Shown here: piece by piece, positions 27,893 to 40,421 of the stretch
Numbering within the stretch: the stretch's first letter is position 1
Layout of the letters: every line of letters begins with the position of its first letter
Origin: Eledone cirrhosa
Lineage: Eukaryota
Length of the DNA stretch: 64,000 bases
Assembly (NCBI GenBank): GCA_964016885.1
Contig: OZ024746.1
Coordinates: 25,978,001-26,042,000, forward strand
Reading direction: 5' to 3'
Notes under the pieces: generated by a model
Told to the model about the DNA's origin: nothing
The model's database searches: none
Seen by the model: the letters and a program-made list of their open reading frames with translations, nothing else
Program-made: the position numbers and the translations under genes

Positions 27893-27945
27893 TCCTGTGT
27901 CAGTGTTGAACAAAAAGGTGACGTGGTTGCCTAAACACTGTACGG

Positions 27946-27993
27946 CGTAAATCAGGCTGTTCGTTTGTTTACAAACGAACAGCCTGATTTACG
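27946..27993. repeat. Perfect palindrome with 23-bp arms
   Basis: cgtaaatcaggctgttcgtttgt-tt-acaaacgaacagcctgatttacg. Confidence 0.95.
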
Positions 27994-28071
27994 TTTGTTT
28001 ACAAACGAACAAAGCGAACATTATAATAAATGTTCGGTAAACTGATACGTGCATATATATATGTGTGCCTG

Positions 28072-28106
<35 letters not shown>

Positions 28107-28283
28107 GATACTGTGCGTCTGTATACATATATGTATGTACGTGTACATACATACTTACATTTAAGTAAGTGCCGTACTAGGAGTGAGAAATGAAATTTCG
28201 TTTCATTCTATTCCATTTATATATATATACATATATATATATACACACATATATATATAAATGAAGTAATTCCGTCGGAAAAG

Positions 28284-28342
28284 TCCATTCTGATGATTGA
28301 AAGCAACATTTTTTTGCTTTTCAGAAACCACTGGTAAATGGA
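28284..28342 (+). ncRNA. Type-I minimal hammerhead ribozyme, intact core
   Basis: tccatt-CTGATGA-ttgaaagcaa..ttgcttttca-GAAA-ccactgg-TA-aatgga. Confidence 0.8.
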
Positions 28343-28368
28343 ATAATTGCCTTATGTTGTTTATTACA

Positions 28369-28404
<36 letters not shown>

Positions 28405-28848
28405 CTTTTCTTTTCTTTTAATATGACTTTAATCTTTAAATGTAAACTGCCATGCTTAAATATTATAATGGATGTCAACCCACTGTGCATCAATATATAC
28501 ATATGTTTCTGTATGTCTCTTGTGTTGAAAAGGAGGTCAAGTATGTAAAAAAATCATTGAAAAAATTGCTCCGAAGACTCCAAACCTCGGTTTGGAAGAA
28601 ACAATTGTAAGCCAATAAATGATTTGAACAGAACTTTGATTCATGTAATTTCTATATAACTGCTCTGTAGAACAACTGATGTTATTACATTGAGCTATTT
28701 GTCTTACTGGTAATAAGGTAGTAATAAATTACTGTCTTTCACTGTTTAGGGTTTAAAATATATATAACTATAAAAGGTTTTACTGTATACATAACCATAA
28801 ATAGTATCCTTAATACTATATATATACATGTACATATATATATATATG

Positions 28849-29207
28849 CAGAGGTTATATTTAATTTGTTGGGATACAACAAGCTTAAAAATATTTTTAT
28901 AACTGATATAAAGCACTCAACAAGTTATTGGAGTAAATATACAATATATTAACAAATATATTGTAATGGAAACTATATTTATAAAACCATATTTATTTTA
29001 TTATACATATTTCAAGGGCTTATCCAGGAAGCTCCAACCGTTAAGGTTGTCTTTTTTCAGGGTATGTCAATATTTATTTATAAAACTAATCTGTATTGTA
29101 TTTTATCTGATGAAAGTGCACCATAATTTGCCTTGGTGACCCTTGAAATATGTATAATAAAATAAATATGGTTTTATAAATATAGTTTCCATTTGTTAAT
29201 ATATTGT
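28849..29207. mobile_element. PLE terminal-repeat insertion with inversion, in (TA)n
   Basis: 28966-29018 is inverted relative to 29140-29192; homologous to 24985-25200 and 41898-42480. Confidence 0.75.
29099..29164 (+). ncRNA. Type-I minimal hammerhead ribozyme, intact core
   Basis: tattttat-CTGATGA-aagtgcacc..ggtgaccctt-GAAA-tatgta-TA-ataaaata. Confidence 0.8.
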
Positions 29208-30208
29208 ATATATATATGTGTGTGTGTGTGTGAATACACACACATATATATACACATATGTGTGTGTATATAGTTAATAAATGAAACAAAACAAAACACA
29301 GGAAGCAAAATTACAGATTAATATTAGGTTCATATGTGTGTGTACACACAGAGAGTAGTACTGATTAAAAACTGAAAGATGAGTTCAATATACTTAGTGA
29401 AATACAAGCTGTATATGTATATACATGTGTGTGTACTCATGTATACACACACTTATTTTATATTGCACTAGCTGTAGTATAATATAATACTACAGTTTAC
29501 TATAGTTATAGTTGTTACAGTGTAGGGTGTAGTATAATATAATGCTACAGTTATAGTTATTATAGTGTAGGATGTAGCATATGAGACCATAACTATAGTT
29601 GTTATAGCATAGGATGTAGTGGTAGCATGATATAAAAGTTGTTATAGCATAGGATGTAGTGGTAGCATGATATAAAACCACAGCTATAGTCATGTAGGAT
29701 GTAGTTGGTGGTATTCCTGTAACAATACAGAATCTATTATTGTAATAAATAATTATGGTATAGCACTGATAGTATCATCAAGGGGTTCATAACAGTAACA
29801 ACTGATTAATAGCTTTGTCTTTTCACAATTGTAAGGTCTTGAGTTTGATTCCCAACAACACATTATGCTCTTGAGCAAGATACTTTATTTCATGCTGCTC
29901 CAGTGAAGTCAACTGGAAAAAATAAGACGTGCCTGTAATTTAAAGGGCCATACTAGTCATCACTGTATCACACTGAATCTCTCTGAGAACTACAGTAAAG
30001 GTATAATGCTCAACCACATACACTGTAATACAAGATAATCCTGTAATTCAAAGTACCAGACTTGTTACACACTGTGTCATGCTGAATCTCACTGAAAATT
30101 ATGTGGAATGCTCAGTCATTTGCACAATAATACAAGATGGACTGTACTTGTAATTGGGAGGGCCAGCTATGTCACACACTGTCGCACTGAGTTTCTCTGA
30201 GATCAACA

Positions 30209-30415
30209 TTAACCCTTTAGCATTTACATTACCCTATATTTACTACTGTATTTTCAAGGTAAACACTTTATCTCACATAATATCGAATCTACGAGATTTT
30301 GGTATTATTTATTTTGAGAACAATACCTGAACATAAGCTGGTTATGTCTAGTTTGAACAGAAAAAGGTGAGAGAATTCTGGCCAGATATGGCTGGTTTGA
30401 ATGCTAAAAGGTTAA
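30209..30415. mobile_element. piggyBac-type MITE family A
   Basis: TTAA-ccctttagcattta ... tgaatgctaaaagg-TTAA. Confidence 0.8.
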
Positions 30416-30675
30416 ACCCTTTCATCACCATATTACTAATGAAAGACACTGCCTATTTTTTTCAAATCATTTTGAAAAAAGGAACAACATTTTGTTGGGT
30501 GACAGTAATACGATTAACTCTTTCATTATTAAGCTTATGTTTGGAACATAACTTAAGGGTTCTTACACAAAATTATGGTGGAAGGTTTTTTGATAAATGT
30601 AAACACTTTAAAATAAGCAGCTTTGTATCTTAAAATCAGAGGCTATTTTAGGCAGTTTGGAATCAAAAGGGTTAA
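30412..30675. mobile_element. piggyBac-type MITE family B
   Basis: ccctttt..aaaaggg-TTAA termini; related copies at ~33915-34049, 46658-46981, 50706-51000, 57569-57802. Confidence 0.65.
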
Positions 30676-30899
30676 GGGAATACATGTCTGTGGAATACTC
30701 AGACACTACACTGTAATTCGAAGGCCAGCCTTGTCACACAATGTGTAGCACTGAATCTTCCTGAGAGCTACATTAAGAGTACACATGTCTGTGGAATAGT
30801 CTGTCATACTATAATAGAATATGGACTGTACCTGTAATTCAAAGGACCAACTTTATCACACACCACACAGTAACATGTTATATCTTACTGGGAACTACG

Positions 30900-30978
30900 T
30901 TAACCCTTTAGCTGGTTTGAACAGAATGAAGTGAGAGAATTCTGGCCGGATACAGCCAGTTTAAATGCTTAAGGTTAA
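30900..30978. mobile_element. Internally deleted piggyBac MITE family A
   Basis: TTAAcccttta..tttaaatgcttaaggTTAA; interior matches the right half of family A. Confidence 0.7.
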
Positions 30979-31693
30979 AGGTACATATGTTTGTGGAATA
31001 CCCAGCCACTTACATGTTTAATTTATATGAGCACTGTTCCATTCGATAAAACAGCTGGAGCACTTCTCAGAGCCAATGAAAGTCCAATACACACATCAAC
31101 AAATATTTAGTTGTGAACAGATCAATACCAGCAGCTATGTCCGACTGTCCCCACTATTAGTAGAACAACAGTAACACTCATCATCCTAAAGAGATGGAAA
31201 CCTAACACAGGAGTAGCTGCTGCATTTTCAGATATAACTTATAAGTGCCATCCTTGGAGAATTCTCAAGATTAACAAAGCTAAGAAGTGACATAGCTGGT
31301 TGCAATAAACAGAGAATGATGATATTAGTCTTCATGTTAACTAGCTTTCTTTAGAAAACAATCTAGCAACTCTCCATTAATCTCTAGAGGTTAACAAAAA
31401 CATTGATGACAAAGGTAATAATTTGATATTTGGCAATATTATGGTTTTTATTTCTTCAGTATTCTAAGTGAAATCTTTGGTAAATATGAGACAATGATGG
31501 AAGTCGTTGAAAGTAAAAAGGAATTACTGCTTTTTCAGTTTTATTTGATCAACAGATATTATCGGCTGTTTAACTAAGCTTTACCCAAAGGTCTTAACAC
31601 AAATCATTTCTTTACAAATTAAAAACAAGATCACTAGATGATATTTTTGGTCCCGTAAATAGTACACAGCCAACAACTTAACTGTGTATGAGA

Positions 31694-31757
<64 letters not shown>

Positions 31758-32496
31758 CACACACACACACACATATGTATGTGTATACGTTTATATATAT
31801 ATATATAATTCTTTTTCTGGTTCCAATCATAAAAGTGTGGCCATGCTGGGGCACCACCTTGAGATTTAGTCAATCATATCAATCCCAGCTTACTTTTCTC
31901 AAGTCTGGCACTTATATTGATCTCTTTTTGTGGAAACATAGTCATGAGACATAAATGGATAGACACACCATCATAAGCAGTAACAGCATATTAAACATCT
32001 GTTTTTCCTGCTAGCAAGGGTTTGATGGACTGTCACAGACCAAGCCAATACTTCATTGGTACTACTGATCTTTCAGATGGGCTGGGACTTTATCGCTCTT
32101 ACATATGTTCCAGCAATCTACAGTGTGCCATGGAATCAGGGCACCAGCACTACCACTTTACAGGATTCACTGGGTATGTTTTTTGTAGCACCTGCACTAG
32201 TGAGGTCATCATGTCTTTGGCACAACTGAAGTATCTTCTCCACCCTCTGTTTGGAAGGGTGCCCTTCCTATCAGCAACTATTTTACAGGATGTACATGAT
32301 GATGATGCACATATATAACTTGTTTGATAGAATTAATCCATCACCTGGTGTTTGCTTTTAATCAAATGTCAGCCACCCATATATATTGTAGTCAAAGAAT
32401 AAACAATGAAGTAAGGAGAAAAAGCAGACATATTAAAACACTGCAATATGATCATATGATAATTAAAATCAATTTAGTTTAAATTGAATTACTCAC

Positions 32497-32527
32497 TGTT
32501 TAGCATTCAAAAGCCACAGCAGGAAAC
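32497..32527 (-). other. Candidate 31-nt host exon
   Basis: Minus strand reads tttatttttatttttag|GTTTCCTGCTGTGGCTTTTGAATGCTAAACA|gtgagtaa; unique-looking sequence. Confidence 0.4.
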
Positions 32528-33505
32528 CTAAAAATAAAAATAAAATAGACAATGATAATTTAAAAAAATATTTTAGAAGAAAACAAAACAAATATATATT
32601 CAACAATTAATTTGTATTTAATTTAAGAAATATAAATGTTTGATTAAAATTTCTTATAATTTTTCTTGCTTTACTTTTAGGTTTTGGTTACTCTTTACTC
32701 TCTTACTAGTTTCAGCCATTTGTCTGTGGTCATGCTGGGACACTGCCATACAGTTAATCTTTCTTTTTTATATTGAACCACTGAATTATGTGACAAACAC
32801 ACATGTGCGCGTGTGGACACACTTACATACAATAAGTTTCTGCAGTTTCCATCTACCAAATTCCATTCTCAAGGCACTAGTCAACTGAAGGCTTTCATAC
32901 AAGACACTTGTACAAGGTGCCACACAGTGGAACTGAATCCAGAATCAAATGGTTGCAAAGTGAACTCCTTGACCATACAGCCATGCCTGTGTTAGTAGAT
33001 GAAATCATTATCATCATCGTTTAACATCCATTCTCCATGCTAGCATGGGTAGGACGGGCAGTCTCTTTGTGAGAGATCAGGTCAGAGGACCTTTATTCAC
33101 ACACACGGAACTGTTGTGGAGCAAGAACATTTAAATCATGTTCAATATCATATTTTAGTTACTTTAGTCAATCTGAAGGTGTGTTGCTTAGTGGTAAGGG
33201 TGTTCAGTTCACAAACATTAGGTTATGAGTTTGATTGATGTTGCTGCAGTTTGCTCAGTTGGAAAAAAAAGAGTTGTACCTGTAATTCAAAGGGCTAGCC
33301 TTGACATATATTTATGTGTCCTGCTGAATCTCCCTGTGAACTATGTTAAAAGTACACATATACGTGGATTGCTCAGTCATTTGCATGTTAATTTAACAAG
33401 CAGGCTGTTCCACTGGCCAAACAACTAGAACACTGGTTGTTAGACCTGACTGAGGCCCAACACACACACACACATAACATAGACAAAATATATAAAATAT
33501 TTTAT

Positions 33506-33839
33506 GGAGGCACATGGCTTAGTGGTTAGAACATTGGCCTTCCAATCGAAAGGTTGTGAGTTCAATTCTCAGACCGATGTGTTGTTTCATTGAGTAAGAC
33601 ACTTTATTTCACATTGCTCCAATTTACTCAGCTGTAGAAATGAGATGATAAGGACTGGGATCCCTATCATTCCACTGCAAAGTGGTCGTGGAGGTGCCAC
33701 GGCAAAAAAGCACCCAGCACTCACTGTAAAATGAGGTTGGTGTTAGGAAGGGCATCCAGCTGTAGAAATCAAGCCAGAATCAGTTCCTGTCCCACCCTTG
33801 CAAGCAGAGAAAAGCGGACGTAAAATGATGTTGATGATG
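33506..33839 (+). mobile_element. tRNA/CORE-like SINE with RTE tail, full length
   Basis: ggaggcacatggcttagtgg head, B box gagttcaattc, tail ccacccttgcaagcag..gtaaaatgatg. Confidence 0.88.
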
Positions 33840-34900
33840 GGGAGCAAATACAATTTGCAAATAAATAAATTTATATCATTGACTCTCTTTTTTGGGAAAC
33901 CGATAAGAAAGATTAATCCTTTTGATATCAAACCGCCTGAAACCACTGGTGGTTTTAAAATACTTGGACCAGTTAGGGAAGAACATATCGATCATTTTTG
34001 TTTTGCATTTGAAAAGAAGCTATGGAAATATGGTGAGGAAAGGGTTAAATGAGTGCTGGAAGGAATAAAAAAAATTAAAAGAGAAAAAGAACAATTTTGA
34101 GGAGAGGGAAATAGGAAGGAGGGGGGGGGGCAGGGAAGGGTAGGGAAGGTGGAAATAGGAAAGTGGAGAAAGGAGGGGAAAAGGAAAATAGGAAGGAGGG
34201 GGGAAAGGGAGATAAGAAGAAGGGGGAGAGGAGGAAAAATGGAAGATAGGAAGGAGGGGGAAGGGGTGAGAGAGACAGTTAAATGAATAAATGAACCTAA
34301 AATATTATGGTTCAAAGAAGAAAGGAAAGCATCAAGAAAGGAGAGTAAAATGAAGGTTTTCAGGGAACAGAAATGAAAGTTCTAAACGAGAAAGGCCTTT
34401 AGAAGTTGACAGAACATGTGAAAATATAAAGACTTCAAAGTATATAGGGCAGATGAAAAATAAAAAGTGTGATGCTGGTGGTGGTGAGGGGGATAATTTA
34501 ATGTATATGAGTGATGTGGACAATGGAAATAGTAAATTTGAAGGAGATTAAAGGAAAAAAAATAAAAATATGGATTATGGTGGGATTTTTGTGATTAAGA
34601 TAACAATAATAAGAGGAGGAGGAGAAGGCAGCAGATGTAATATTTTGGAAATTTTGTGTTTTTTAATATTCTCTTAATTTACATGGTTTTACTGTGATGT
34701 CATAGAATCAAGTCTGGATAACAATAACAAGACGATTACATATTTTTCAGTTGATCTATTTAGATATTTTCAAAAAAACATCTGCTATGAAATTCTCAAT
34801 CTGTACTGCCATTAACACTTTTGTAACCATATTTCTATTGAAAAACACTTTATTCTAATTAATTAGTGAAGAATTTGAGGGATTTATTAAATTTATTAAA

Positions 34901-35086
34901 TACTATATATATATTCGAATATAAGCTGAGGAATATGTGACCAAAAAAAATCAATGGTAAAATGAGTTGATTAGCTGCCTTGGCTTATAAATAGGATTTT
35001 GATTTTTACCCATTTCTCAAACATAAAATAGGAAGTGCGCAGGGAGGAAGGGGGGGGGGGTGCTTATACTTGAGTATATAAGGTAT
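34901..35086. mobile_element. Degenerate pogo/Tc2-like MITE
   Basis: tactatatatattcgaatataagc ... gcttatacttgagtatataaggta imperfect TIRs. Confidence 0.5.
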
Positions 35087-36549
35087 GTCATTATTAAAAT
35101 AGTAACTTAACATATGATTCTTATGTTAGAAGATTTTCTAGGGGCTTATATACTCAACTTGTCCAACTATTTTTTCTTGTTAAAAACCTGTGTTGAAGCA
35201 ATTAACCTTTAGTTAACATACATTCAAAATTCATTCAATGCTTCTTAATAATATGAATGATCGACTAAATTGTTTTATTATAAAAAGAAAATCAGATTCA
35301 TCTTTAGTACTTATTCTCCTGATAACAGAGCAAGTTGTAATAATATAATAATATAGGTGTTGTTACTGACATCACCTACTGGTTGAGCTCTGTTGAGTTC
35401 ATGATTATAAGGTCATGGTTTCAATTTCCAGACCGTCTTTGAGTAAAACATTTTATATGATGTTCTTCCAGTTTGCTTGCAATGTCACTGGTGCTCAGTT
35501 GTACTGGCCTTTCCTTTAGACAACATTAGTGGTGTGGAGAGGAGAGAGAGGCATGCATAGGTAACTGCTGGTCTTCCACAAAACACTGTCTAAGCTTGCA
35601 CTTTGGAGAGGAACTTTCCAGATGCAAACCCATGATCAGTTGACCCAAGGGAGGGGGGTCTATCCAGTTTTATATTGAAAAGTCTTCAGATATTTTAATT
35701 AATTAATAAAGAATGTTGAAGGATTTACTAAAACTATTAATTATTTCCTAAAAAAAAAAAGAGAGTAACTTAACATGTGGTTCTTATATAAAATTATGCT
35801 GAAAGATTTAAATCTAAATAGGAACCACATGGGTGGTTCTGTTTCATAGAACCAGGGCCAGTTTTGGCTGGCTTGTTATGAAAAGGGTTAATAATTATAC
35901 AACAGATTATGTTTATTTCTAACATCGTTAGTGTTGAAATGGTTAAGATATTCCAAATGAAATCAAACTGACACAAATGTAAAAAAAAACAAAAAAAAAA
36001 AACAGTCTATATAGGACTTGGTAAAATGTTTGTTCCATATTTTTTGTATATTATATATATATGTATATATATATTGTATATTATATATATATGCCATAAA
36101 CAATTCCAAACTTCTTATTTCGGAAGTTTAGTTTCTATATTTTTCTTCAATCAAAAACTGTCAATATATTTCCCAATGAAGAGTTTCTTCCAATAATAAC
36201 TTTATTTCACCTCAACTCCACCATCAAAGTTGAAATAAAATCTCAATAAAACCTTTATGGAATACAAAACTTCTGTAAGAAATCATAAGTAAATAACGGA
36301 ACGTTATTGATCTGCAGTCAAATACGAAAATATTGAAAGAAACAAAACCTTTTGATTATTTGGAAAATTCCAGTGAAATTGATTTTAAATATTTCCAATA
36401 CTTTTCCATGTCTTCTATCTTGGTTTGAAGATATTCAGACATTCTTGTCACTCCACATAACACGAGATCTTAAACAGTAAATTCTATTCTAAAAGTAACT
36501 TATTTTTGAATTCCCTATGTAGTAGAATTGGGTCTAGTCTATATTTCTG

Positions 36550-37430
36550 TATGAAGGCAACTGGACCATCAGGTAGAATTGTTGAGATGCTGAAAGTATC
36601 TGGCATGGTAGGTCACACACAAGTCATATACATAGTAAATTAGGTAATACAGGATAGTGCCATACCTAAGGAACAATGTAGCATCAACAGTATCTCAGCA
36701 AAGGAGATGCACTCGAGAGAAAGGTAACTACAGAAGCATCAAGTTGATGGACCAGGTCATGAAATTTACTGAAAGAGTTACCGTACAACTGATTAGCGAC
36801 AGAGTTAACATAGATGAGAGTCAATTTGGTCTTATGCCAGGAACATGAACTATCAATACTCTCTTCATAGTGAGAAAACTGCAGGAGACTTACTTAGCTG
36901 GGAGTAAGCCTTTCTACCTAGTATTTGTGAATCTGGAGAAAGCCTTTGATAAGTTATTACGCTCTGTTATCTAGTGAGCTTTTAGGAAATTAGGAGTAGA
37001 TGAGTGGCATGTGAGGACTGTATAGGGCATGTACAGAGGTATTGTCAGCAAGGTGAAAATTAACAATGGGTAAGAGTGATGAATTTAGCATGCATGTAGG
37101 GTCCATCAGGGTTTAATTCTCAGCCACCTTCTGTTTATTATAGTCCTCACTGGAGTAGTTTAAGACTGGCTGCTTGTGGAAACTGCTATAGGCTGATGAC
37201 ATAGTTCTCATAGCGGAATCTGTTGAATTCTAGACATAAAAACAAACCCTGGAAATCAAAGTTTCTCAAATAAACCTAGCAAAGATTAAAGTTCAAGTAT
37301 GTAGCAAAAAAGACATGTCTTTGATATCATCAATAAAATTGCCATGTTTGATAAGCAGGAAAGGAGTAAGGAGGAATTTCATGGACAGACAAAAGATGTA
37401 GTGGGATCACAGGCAGGCTAAACAAAGACT
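36550..37430 (+). pseudogene. Old RTE RT fragment
   Basis: KGNYRSIKLMDQVMK..SQFG, VFVNLEKAFD; many stops and frameshifts. Confidence 0.85.
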
Positions 37431-38398
37431 ATAGGTAGGCCTTGTATGTTTACAACACACGCACACACATACTATTAACTAAATACACACATGCTGTTTA
37501 CAATACACACATGCTGTTTACAATACACACACACTATTTACAATACTCATACATACATACTGTTTACAACAAATGGTATAAGAAAAGCCATTACTAATTT
37601 CAATAAAAGACTAAGCCACCATCGAAGACATGTCAGCCATCACTACAGTCCACAATTCAATCATCTCCACCACGACTCACACCTCCACCATACACCCTCC
37701 TTATATTATACTTCCTTTACTATACATTACTATACCACACACCCCTTATATCACACCCACCTTATATTAGACACTCCTATGCCATACACCACAAAACCAT
37801 ACCCTCCCTACGCCATATGCCATACACCATACCCCTATGCCCCCTACACCATGCAAGTGACTGAGCATTCCAGACATGTATCCTTAACGCCTTTCAACAT
37901 CAGTCCACCCAGAATCAGTTCTGGTTCTACAAAACATAATTTTATACAAGAACAATATCATAGTAATGAAATGATTAAAATTTTTAGTAAGTCCCTCAAA
38001 ATTCTTCATCAAATTAAATAAAAACAATGAATTTCATTAGAAATACAGTCACTAAAATCTCAAGGAGATTCGGCATAACACAGTGGGTGACAATACTAGC
38101 CCTTTGAATTACAAAGTATAACTCATGTTTTCCAGCTAAGTGGACTGGAGTAGCATGCAGTAAAAGGTCATGTTTAAGGACACACCAAGAATTGAACTCC
38201 TGACCTTAAAATAATGAGCCAAGCACTGTAACCACTAAGCCACAAGACTTCACACACCACACATATACCAAACAGGAATTGTAAAAGTTATTTATCAACT
38301 GATATTTACCTACATTGTACATAATTTTATCCCATCATATTATTTATGTAAACTTATGACATATGACATACATCACTTTTTATTACATGGGCAATTAA

Positions 38399-38438
<40 letters not shown>

Positions 38439-39618
38439 CACAAGTATATATATACATATATATATATATGCACACACACTCAACTACATAAAATATTAAC
38501 ACAACTATTAATGATAAAAATATTACAGTATATTTTTATCATTTTATTTTCCAACAGGGAATTGTTAATGCTACTTGTTTTGTTATTTTTTTCTCCTGAA
38601 TAATTCTTACAAAAATAGTTAAAATATATTGGTCAGTAAGTAGATTGTAGAAAATTGTTTAGAATGCTAGAAAGCATCATGAAAAACCGTCTTTAAAAAA
38701 TCTACCAAAACTGGAGGTGTAATATATTGTCAAGGATTTACCAACCATGAATAAGGCCATCCAATATATGGAGACTAAGCAAATATTCGACAACAGAAAC
38801 ATTAAACTGTTATATAACTGTCTTTCTTTTTCACCTTTTTCTTATTTTTGTTGCTTCTGCCTATTTGTTCTGACTCTCTCTTGTCTTGATTTTGTTTCTT
38901 AACTCTTAAGATCCTGTCATGATTGAGCAGAAAATATCTGAAAATCAGATTTGTCAATTCAAATATTTGTAGTATATTTAATAGTTAACAGATTGCTTTG
39001 AAAATTTCCAGTATTATTTTTAATCTGATGCAGTCATAATGCTGTTTTGTATTTTTCAAGAATGTTTTGCTAATGCGGTTTCATGTGGTACAGGATGTTA
39101 AGAATTGATTGTAAGAGATATTATCTTTCCCAGAATGGCATGGCTTACCAGCTCTATACAGTCATTTAAATTGATTAAACATAAGTTTTTAGAATTAAAA
39201 TATCCAGTAATTTTGCTGTATGTAGCAGAAGATAAACATCATGTCTCTTTTCTTGATAAATGGAATGTGTGTGTATATATGATTTACATTGTTACATATA
39301 CACATATATGTGTATATGTGTGTGTGTGAGTGTGCATGCACATGCATGTGTGTTATATATCTATGAATATATGCATCATCACCAGCATTTAGAATCCATT
39401 TTCCCTGCTTACAATAAATAAATAAATATATATATTTATATATAGTGTATTTATGTATGTGTTTGTTTTATTTGTGTATATATGTTATATAAGTTAAGGT
39501 AGTGGTAGTGCTGATGCAACAATAAAATGTACCCAGTTCACATTGTCAAGTGAGTGGTGTTAAGAAGAACATATATATCATCATCGTTTAACATCCATTT
39601 TGCACGCTAGCATGGGTT

Positions 39619-39653
<35 letters not shown>

Positions 39654-40080
39654 GTCATAAATGTCTGCAAGTCATGAGAAAGAGAATATCAAACCCAAAT
39701 GGTGAATGAAAAAGAGAGAATAAAAATAAAAAAAAACTGATTCTTAATATCAATAATATTAAGTGAATTGTTTTTCAATAGTTAAATACATAAAAATAGA
39801 TTAGAAATAGATATTGAATTAATCTTTTTTAAAAAGATTATTGGGGAGAGGGGGAGGGGGATAATTTTTATCATTATTTATGTTATTGTTTTTTTCACTA
39901 AATGTTTTATTTCTTTGTATTTCTACATTTATTAATCTTCACAGCTTGCAAATCAGATTAAAGTGGCCAATCACATCAGAAAGTGATCAATAACTTCAGT
40001 TTTAACTTACATAACATTATCTTGATTGCTATTTCTCCACGACTTCAGGATACAATATTCTTTCAAAAGCCATTTTCCCA

Positions 40081-40147
<67 letters not shown>

Positions 40148-40421
40148 CACCACATCATCATCATAGATTAACATCTACTGTTCCCCGCTTGTATGGGTTA
40201 GACATGTCATCCACGTCACGTTATAAGTCGAGTCTGGTCAGTTGGCCATACCTTGCTCAAACAGTATATATATATAAATAAATTCCTGTTGTTGGAGGGG
40301 GGGGGGGGCGACCACAGTTACAAAAGGTACTCAATACATTGGTAGAGTATAGGCATCTTTATTATTCCAGTTAATTTCATATGAATGAAACAGTTCTAGT
40401 CCTGTAGAAGTCATTTCTATA

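Larger units (their letters stand above)
29790..31090 (+). mobile_element. Degenerate SINE with tandemly amplified ~115-bp body unit
   Basis: B-box-like gagtttgattcc, cttgagcaagatacttt block, then ~5 cctgtaattcaaagggcca..ctgaatctc units; single-unit relatives at ~33180-33460 and ~49860-50130. Confidence 0.65.

Noticed and set aside
33506-33575. tRNA gene
   Set aside because: A/B boxes present but no cloverleaf; runs on into a multicopy SINE body
37491-38021. 176-aa His/Thr/Tyr-rich ORF
   Set aside because: CA-rich low-complexity sequence running into a MITE; no domain or splice support
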